A stretch of DNA of 64,000 nt, from the IMG/VR virus record IMGVR_UViG_3300042350_003801; one strand, given 5' to 3'. Source of the stretch: a virus (taxonomy: Duplodnaviria > Caudoviricetes). The translations under genes were made by a program, and so were the position numbers. Positions 58,209 to 64,000 of the stretch are shown piece after piece. Position 1 is the stretch's first letter; the number at the start of each line of letters is the position of its first letter. A model generated the notes under the pieces. It had not been told where the DNA came from. It made no database searches and worked only from the letters and a program-made list of their open reading frames with translations.

Positions 58209-59923
58209 TGATATAGAACTCTAAATGATTTTTTAATTTTTTTCTTTTGAACGATATAATTTCCAATCACGAGATAGTCAATATCTAAATTTAAAAATGA
58301 CTCAACTGCGTGTTTTGGTGATTCAACAATAGGTTCGCCATTATCATTGAATGATGTATTTAGAACTACAGGAATACCTGTTTTTTCTTTAAGTTTTTGA
58401 AGTAAAAGATTTGTCTGAGGATGAAGTTCTTGATTGACTGTTTGAATTCTACAAGTATAATCAACGTGTGTAATTGCCGGAATAATGTGTGCCTTGTCTC
58501 CTCTTACTGTCAATGAATACAACATATAAGGAGACTTATAATCTTCATAAAAGTATTCATTGAGATGTTCTTCCAGAATGATACCAGCAAAAGGTCTCCA
58601 ATATTCCCGGTGCTTCACTCTTGAATTGAGAATGTCTTTGTTTTCTTTTCTGGTTGGGCTCATTAAGATTGAACGAGATCCCAGTGCTCTTGCGCCAAAT
58701 TCAGAACGATTTTGAAACCAAGCGATGATTTTATTTTGTGCAATATAATCAGCGGCTAAAGAACATAGTTCCTCAAAGTCTTCATATTTTGTGAATGTGA
58801 CTTTATGTTGGGTAAGTTCTTCTTCTATTTCTTCATTAGAGTATTCTTTACTTAGAAGTGCAATATTTTCGGGAAGTTCAATAGTTTCATTATTTTGAAA
58901 TGCTCCAAAAAGGGCGGCACCAAAATGAAGTCCAGTATCACTCGGGTATGGAGGAATGTGCATATTTTGCGCGAATTGATTATTACGAACTGCACTATTT
59001 CCAAGAACATTCAAAAATGACCCACCGGCAAGACATAGATTGTCTTCAAGATAAGACTTTGTTTTAAGTTCACCGACATAATCAACAAGAGCAGTTTCAA
59101 AGTTTTTTTGGAGAATATATGCCTGTTCGTCTGCGGTTTTTAGAATGGAGTGGGACTTGGAATCAAATACAACATAAGGAACCTCATTGTAATGAATGTC
59201 TGATGAAAGTTGATATTCTTTATACTCTTCTTTGTATGGAAGATTTCCATAGGCGGAAAGACCCATTATCTTGCCGTCCCAACTTTCTCTATACTTTTCA
59301 TCAAAGGCATCAATGGTTTTTCTGACTTTCTTGCAGTATATTTTATGTGATGCATGGTGATAATATGAACCAAAATTATTAGTTCCTGGAATACCATTGA
59401 AGAATCTAAAGATTCCTTTTTCTTTGTTAAAGTATCCAATTGAATTAGTTTCTGCCGTTAGGGAATCTTCTTGATTATAAGAATATATTACCGAACCTGC
59501 ACCATCTAGAGTTATAAATGTTCCTTCATTAAAATCCGATGAAAAAACTGATGAGGCAGCGTGAGATAGATGATGCGAAATTATTTTGAAGGTAGCATTA
59601 GGAAACAGAGATTTGATTTTATCCTCAATGATTCCTTCTTTGAGTTGACAGTAAAAGTATTCCAGGCACATTGATGGAATACAAATCAGATGGATATCTT
59701 CTGCAGTGATATTACCCTCTTGGAGGCAGTATTCAATGGAGTTGATGGGGAAGTTGCCATCGTGCTTGATGCGGGTTAAACGCTCTTCAGAGATGCTACA
59801 GATGTGCTTCCCGTTGATGAGAAGCGTTGCCCCGGCATCGTGAACCCAAGTTAGATTTTGATGGTCATCATATGATTGGTTTGCATCCCAATCAAAGGCA
59901 CCATAAAGACCAAGAATAATCAT
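58205..59923 (-). CDS. carbamoyltransferase (NodU/CmcH family)
   Basis: HDAGA, SEERLTR.KH, HH.SHA, LDGAG, GK.MGLSAYG, E.GARALG.RS, LNTSFN..GEPIVE. Confidence 0.93.
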   Translation of the reverse strand: MIILGLYGAFDWDANQSYDDHQNLTWVHDAGATLLINGKHICSISEERLTRIKHDGNFPINSIEYCLQEGNITAEDIHLICIPSMCLEYFYCQLKEGIIEDKIKSLFPNATFKIISHHLSHAASSVFSSDFNEGTFITLDGAGSVIYSYNQEDSLTAETNSIGYFNKEKGIFRFFNGIPGTNNFGSYYHHASHKIYCKKVRKTIDAFDEKYRESWDGKIMGLSAYGNLPYKEEYKEYQLSSDIHYNEVPYVVFDSKSHSILKTADEQAYILQKNFETALVDYVGELKTKSYLEDNLCLAGGSFLNVLGNSAVRNNQFAQNMHIPPYPSDTGLHFGAALFGAFQNNETIELPENIALLSKEYSNEEIEEELTQHKVTFTKYEDFEELCSLAADYIAQNKIIAWFQNRSEFGARALGSRSILMSPTRKENKDILNSRVKHREYWRPFAGIILEEHLNEYFYEDYKSPYMLYSLTVRGDKAHIIPAITHVDYTCRIQTVNQELHPQTNLLLQKLKEKTGIPVVLNTSFNDNGEPIVESPKHAVESFLNLDIDYLVIGNYIVQKKKIKKSFRVLYQ

Positions 59924-60531
59924 AAAGTTGGGAAATTCATTTTGCCTTTGGGGAGGGCAATAATATTGAAGGATATTGAAATTCGCTCTTCGTCGTGATT
60001 ATTGGTTTCCACTGAATGAGGAAGGTATGCGGGCCATAGAAGAACGGCTCCTTCTTGTGGTTCAATGCGGAGCATATCACCAGTGAATTCATTTTTGGTT
60101 TGCGTTAATGCACAACCACTCCAAAGACGATTTAGACCCGGATTAAAGACTACTAGACGACCACTTTCGGGTGGTGCAGAAAGATAGAAGACGCCAGAGA
60201 ATGTTTGGTCGTGAATGTGCTCATTATTCATTGCCTGGCGAGTATTATTAAAGTTTACCCAGGCAGAAGTTAGAAATACATCACACTCAATGAAGTTGAG
60301 GTCTTCTACTGCTTGAAGTGCCATTGAGCATATGAACTCCAATAGAGGGCGAAGTTCTGGAACTCCTTGAAGTGTATCAGGGGAGTGGTAACCCGCAATA
60401 TTTGATTTTGCGATGGATGGATTATTTTCTTTGAAAGCTCTTACTGCTTGAAGAAAGGTTTCTTTTTGTTCTTTAAATTCAGGTAGCTCAGAACTCCAGA
60501 AAGGAGTTGAATAAATTGGCAACACTGTCAT
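59920..60531 (-). CDS. 2OG-Fe(II) oxygenase (TIGR02466-like)
   Basis: W.NFN, H.H..FSGVFY, P.YL.HSV, RISISFN. Confidence 0.88.
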   Translation of the reverse strand: MTVLPIYSTPFWSSELPEFKEQKETFLQAVRAFKENNPSIAKSNIAGYHSPDTLQGVPELRPLLEFICSMALQAVEDLNFIECDVFLTSAWVNFNNTRQAMNNEHIHDQTFSGVFYLSAPPESGRLVVFNPGLNRLWSGCALTQTKNEFTGDMLRIEPQEGAVLLWPAYLPHSVETNNHDEERISISFNIIALPKGKMNFPTL

Positions 60532-60732
60532 AATATGGATTTTGTAAAGACTTTTTATTTAGGGGATTAGTTTTGCGTAGTGAGACATCTTTAAATTGTT
60601 TTTAATTACAAGTCTTTCTTTAGAAAAGAGTGTTTTGGTAAACATTTAGTTATTAAAAACTCTGAAAATCGTGTGGAAGGAGTCTCTGTTCAGTTGCTAG
60701 AACTGACCATTCTGCTCATTATGAATGACGAA

Positions 60733-61066
60733 CTATTTAGTTGACCTCAACCAACCTGATGCCTGTTTAATGCACGGTTGACTTACTTCAATAAAAAGAG
60801 AAAATTGTTTTCGGTAACGATATTAATATCTTTGCTCATTCTTACTAAAAAACATAAAAATCTAGACTAGAAACTAATTCATCTAAATCCTGCCTCTTGT
60901 CTTTATGTCTTGCTGCACGGCAGAGCAAAGCAGCACAATCTAAACAAACATTTTGAATTCTTGTTCCTAGAGTGAATTTGTATTCTCTAGGAAAATTTTT
61001 AACTATTATAAAAACTCTTTTATTTAATTCCGAAATATCTCTGTAGATTTGCAAACTTTCAATCAT
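60733..61066 (-). pseudogene. avd: Avd-like four-helix-bundle DGR accessory protein, disrupted by two 1-nt deletions
   Basis: LQIY..V.NFPREYKFTLG.RIQ; adding one T and one A restores ..FLVRMSKDINIVTEKQF..IKQASGWLRSTK (111 aa). Confidence 0.75.
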
Positions 61067-61107
61067 TTTAAAAACTCCAGCAAAATACAAATTTCAAAAT
61101 TCAAAAT

Positions 61108-61605
61108 TCAAAGAAAAACACACCGGACGGAACGCACACACCAAGCGTTGGTTTTGCCGAGGCTGCTCTGGATACCATTAGTGAAGCTGAGGCTACAAGC
61201 GCCGGCCGCATTGCTCTCGCTAGAACTCCAATAGATCGTAGACGAATAAGTATCCCAAAAGGCGCGATTATTATATGCAGTAAACAATATATTCTGATCC
61301 GGTATAAACCAGTCGCAGGGATTAAACCCACAACAAATCAAACGATTACACACGTTAGGCCAACTGGAAATGCAACACAGTGAGTTCCCTCCGCCAACAA
61401 TTAAAGTGTTATTCCAACACCCACTTGCCCATTGGTCTCCTATTTGAGTATAAGCGGGGGCAACAATCCACGCTTGTCCACCCGCACGACGATAAACCGC
61501 TGAACCGTCGCCCAAAATGGTCCCCAAAGGACAGATACGAGCATAATAATCTGCCGCTTCTTTTGATCTTAACCACCAAGTTGTTGGTCCGATTACTACT
61601 GACAT
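61108..61605 (-). CDS. C-type-lectin-fold (DUF1566-like) putative DGR target protein
   Basis: WFIP..L, YWSSSE..A..F..G..K..CVRSVR C-terminus; 15 of 25 codons in the variable stretch end in C. Confidence 0.75.
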   Translation of the reverse strand: MSVVIGPTTWWLRSKEAADYYARICPLGTILGDGSAVYRRAGGQAWIVAPAYTQIGDQWASGCWNNTLIVGGGNSLCCISSWPNVCNRLICCGFNPCDWFIPDQNILFTAYNNRAFWDTYSSTIYWSSSESNAAGACSLSFTNGIQSSLGKTNAWCVRSVRCVFL

Positions 61606-61616
61606 TTTTATTCTCC

Positions 61617-64000
61617 TTAGGGAACTAGTGCTATGATTCCGGTTCTTACTAAACCGTCTGTTCCTCTTACTCTTACCGTAAGAGTGTTGTTGTTTGTAAG
61701 TTCAAAACTCATTGTTCTATTTATTGTCGGTGCCGATGTTGCTTCTAAACCAAACGTTGTAATACCCGTAATTGTGGCATTACCTTGAACGTGAAGAGTT
61801 GATGTAGGAACTGATGTTCCAACCCCAACGTTACCATTTCCGTTAACTTCAAAAATTGCAGTAATAGTTGAGCCTATAGATAAGTTAGTGGTAGAACCAA
61901 ATCCAACAACTGGGCTATTTACGCTAAAAAGACTACCAGAGACATTATTAGTAAGACTTAAAATCTGGTCAGGTATGCGCGTAGTGCTTGCGGTTCCAGT
62001 ATAAAAGTTAAGAGAACCTGTATCTCCAGTTGTAGGCGATACTATAATATGGTTTGTGGTTGGTGAGTTTGATAAATCACTAAATGGCTGCCTCGGTCTA
62101 ATCGGACCAAAGATTGTTACATCCCCATTAATTCTTTGTGGTGATACTGCTAGGACATTAAACGGCGTGGTAATGGCAGTATGTGCAACCCCTAAAATAA
62201 CACTACCTCTTACATCAAGTTTTGCACGAATTGATGTACCTATACCGACAATAGTATTACCTGCTCTGTCTATCCTAAATGATTGTTCTATAAATTCTGT
62301 GGGTCTGAATCCGCCATATTCTATAAAAGAATATGGTTTTGGAGTATAGTTTGAAACTACGAATAAATCGTCATCAAAGTTATCATTTAAGGTTAAAATT
62401 TGATTACCATAGCCATTAAAAATTAAAGTTCCATTATCTCTTGCATATGCCTTTATTTCTACTGCATTAGTGTTTGCTACACCAGAATAATTAAATTGAG
62501 TAGCAATTCCAATAAAAGTTAAAGATGGTCCAGCACTTGTTGTTGTTCCAATTCCAGAACCTGCCGAGAGTTTTAAATTGCCGATAACGTCAATTTTGCT
62601 GGTTGGATTTGTAGTTCCCAATCCAACAAAACCTGTGGATGGGATAAATACAAAACTGTTTGTTCCCGATGTAGTAATACCTATACTAGAAACTCCAATA
62701 TTGCTAGCAAATGTTGGATATGTTGGATATGTTGGATTTGATGTTAGAATTTGAGTTACTACTGAAAATGCCCCAACATCCGTTAATTTACTACCATCTC
62801 CATAATAGGTTACAATTCCAGAAGCAGCGGTGATAATACCTGTAGAGATTTGAACTAATCCCAGAGTAGAAATACCAGATACCCTTAAAGAAGATACGGA
62901 TGCGATACCCCCTATTACGTTTGTTGAAATGCCGGAATTTTGAGCATAGGTTGCAATTCCTGCAATTGTAGAGTAACCCGATACTGAAACATAATCAGCA
63001 ATTGTAACTGTTGCTATACCATTTGAACCTGGATTAGCAAAAGCGACTACATTGGGGCCTGTAAAATTTACTGAAGTAATGCTGGATGCAGTTCCTACTA
63101 CGTTTCCTTCATCTCTAATTGTAATGCCGATGAGATCAACCGCCGCTGCTGAGGTTAATGGTGCCCAATAGGGGTCCAGGCCAGTACCATTTGTAATAAG
63201 AACTTGACCAGTTAAACCTGGGGCTAAAGATGTAGTTATCCCTGGACTCTTTTGAAACAGAATAGAACCCTGAACGCCCCCTATAATATTTCTTGCGGTT
63301 ATCGCAGTACCACTTAGATTGCCGACAAAATTTGTGGCGGTGACAATACCCCCCGAAATTTGAGCGCCACTAATAGATGAAAGACCGGTTACATTTAAGG
63401 ATGTTACGGCGGCAATTCCACCGATTACATCTGTTGATGTATCAGAAATTACTGCATATGTTGCAGCATTTGCGTTTCCCGTTAAATTTCCAACAAAACT
63501 AGTTGCCGTTACTATTCCCGCTGTAATATTAGGAGTTCCGGTGAGGCTCTCAGCAGCCGCTGAGGTGCCAGCCGTTTGAGCATAGTTCGCAGTTGTTGCG
63601 CTATTTGCAAACCCAGCATTTTCAGCATAAGTTATTGTTCCAGCAATACCACCAGCGCTAATGCCAGTCAACCCTGAACCATCCCCGATGAACCTAGTTG
63701 CAGTGACAATACCACCTGAAATTTGAGCGCCACTAATAGTTGAAGGACCGGTTACATTTAAGGATGTTACAGCTGCAATTCCACCAATTACATTATATGC
63801 AACCCCAGCATTTTCAGCATAAGTTATTGTTCCAGCAATACCTCCAGCGGAAATGCCAGTCAACCCTGAACCATCCCCGATGAACCTAGTTGCAGTGACA
63901 ATACCACCTGAAATTTGAGCGCCACTAATAGTTGAAGGACCGGTTACATTTAAGGATGTTACAGCTGCAATTCCACCAATTACATTATATGCAACCCCAG
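61617..64000 (-). CDS. tail fibre-like protein, 5' end outside the window
   Basis: GIVTAT.F.G.. and YA..AG repeats, VGVGT..PT..L.V.G; frame open to the window edge. Confidence 0.85.
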   Translation of the reverse strand, partial: GVAYNVIGGIAAVTSLNVTGPSTISGAQISGGIVTATRFIGDGSGLTGISAGGIAGTITYAENAGVAYNVIGGIAAVTSLNVTGPSTISGAQISGGIVTATRFIGDGSGLTGISAGGIAGTITYAENAGFANSATTANYAQTAGTSAAAESLTGTPNITAGIVTATSFVGNLTGNANAATYAVISDTSTDVIGGIAAVTSLNVTGLSSISGAQISGGIVTATNFVGNLSGTAITARNIIGGVQGSILFQKSPGITTSLAPGLTGQVLITNGTGLDPYWAPLTSAAAVDLIGITIRDEGNVVGTASSITSVNFTGPNVVAFANPGSNGIATVTIADYVSVSGYSTIAGIATYAQNSGISTNVIGGIASVSSLRVSGISTLGLVQISTGIITAASGIVTYYGDGSKLTDVGAFSVVTQILTSNPTYPTYPTFASNIGVSSIGITTSGTNSFVFIPSTGFVGLGTTNPTSKIDVIGNLKLSAGSGIGTTTSAGPSLTFIGIATQFNYSGVANTNAVEIKAYARDNGTLIFNGYGNQILTLNDNFDDDLFVVSNYTPKPYSFIEYGGFRPTEFIEQSFRIDRAGNTIVGIGTSIRAKLDVRGSVILGVAHTAITTPFNVLAVSPQRINGDVTIFGPIRPRQPFSDLSNSPTTNHIIVSPTTGDTGSLNFYTGTASTTRIPDQILSLTNNVSGSLFSVNSPVVGFGSTTNLSIGSTITAIFEVNGNGNVGVGTSVPTSTLHVQGNATITGITTFGLEATSAPTINRTMSFELTNNNTLTVRVRGTDGLVRTGIIALVP
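63612..64000. repeat. 192-bp tandem repeat (64 aa), at least two near-identical units
   Basis: CCCAG recurs at 63612, 63804 and 63996 with matching intervening sequence. Confidence 0.9.

Noticed and set aside
60540-60732. DGR template repeat after avd
   Set aside because: Only short coincident words (TTCGTC, AGTTCTAGC) match the variable region; no AAC-rich colinear copy
1-64000. Photosynthesis genes (psbA, psbD, hli) or CRISPR arrays
   Set aside because: None seen, so the cyanophage assignment rests on gene order and gene families only

Overview
This is a 64-kb AT-rich segment of a T4-like myovirus, most likely a cyanophage (Kyanoviridae-like gene set and order). It carries the head genes gp21-gp22-gp23, then gp3, uvsY, uvsW, gp55, gp47, gp46, gp45, gp44, gp62, regA, hsp20, gp43, uvsX, gp41, mazG, a cytidylyltransferase, gp61 and nrdAB, nearly all on the minus strand. 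A plus-strand accessory island at about 40.3-49.6 kb includes a minimal GlyRS-like protein and a DNA ligase. The left end is a tRNA/ncRNA cluster and the right end is a tail-fibre plus modification-enzyme region. Highlights read from the sequence: (1) a 155-nt RNA reproducing the L11-binding GTPase-associated centre of 23S rRNA, with compensatory base changes and a 95-nt insertion; (2) tRNA-Arg(UCU) interrupted by a 209-nt group I intron, next to a free-standing I-Ssp6803I-like endonuclease; (3) a shared double-late-promoter and antisense-arm cassette in front of that endonuclease and of a solo TnpB, with a related layout at a third nuclease; (4) gp41 fractured by a split intein with an endonuclease gene between the halves, and a mini-intein in nrdA; (5) a DGR remnant (C-type-lectin target with a variable-repeat-like 3' end plus frameshifted avd, no TR or RT in the window); (6) nine copies of a palindromic promoter-upstream element and a 137-bp inverted duplication. 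All family assignments come from motif recognition and recalled consensus sequences, not database searches.
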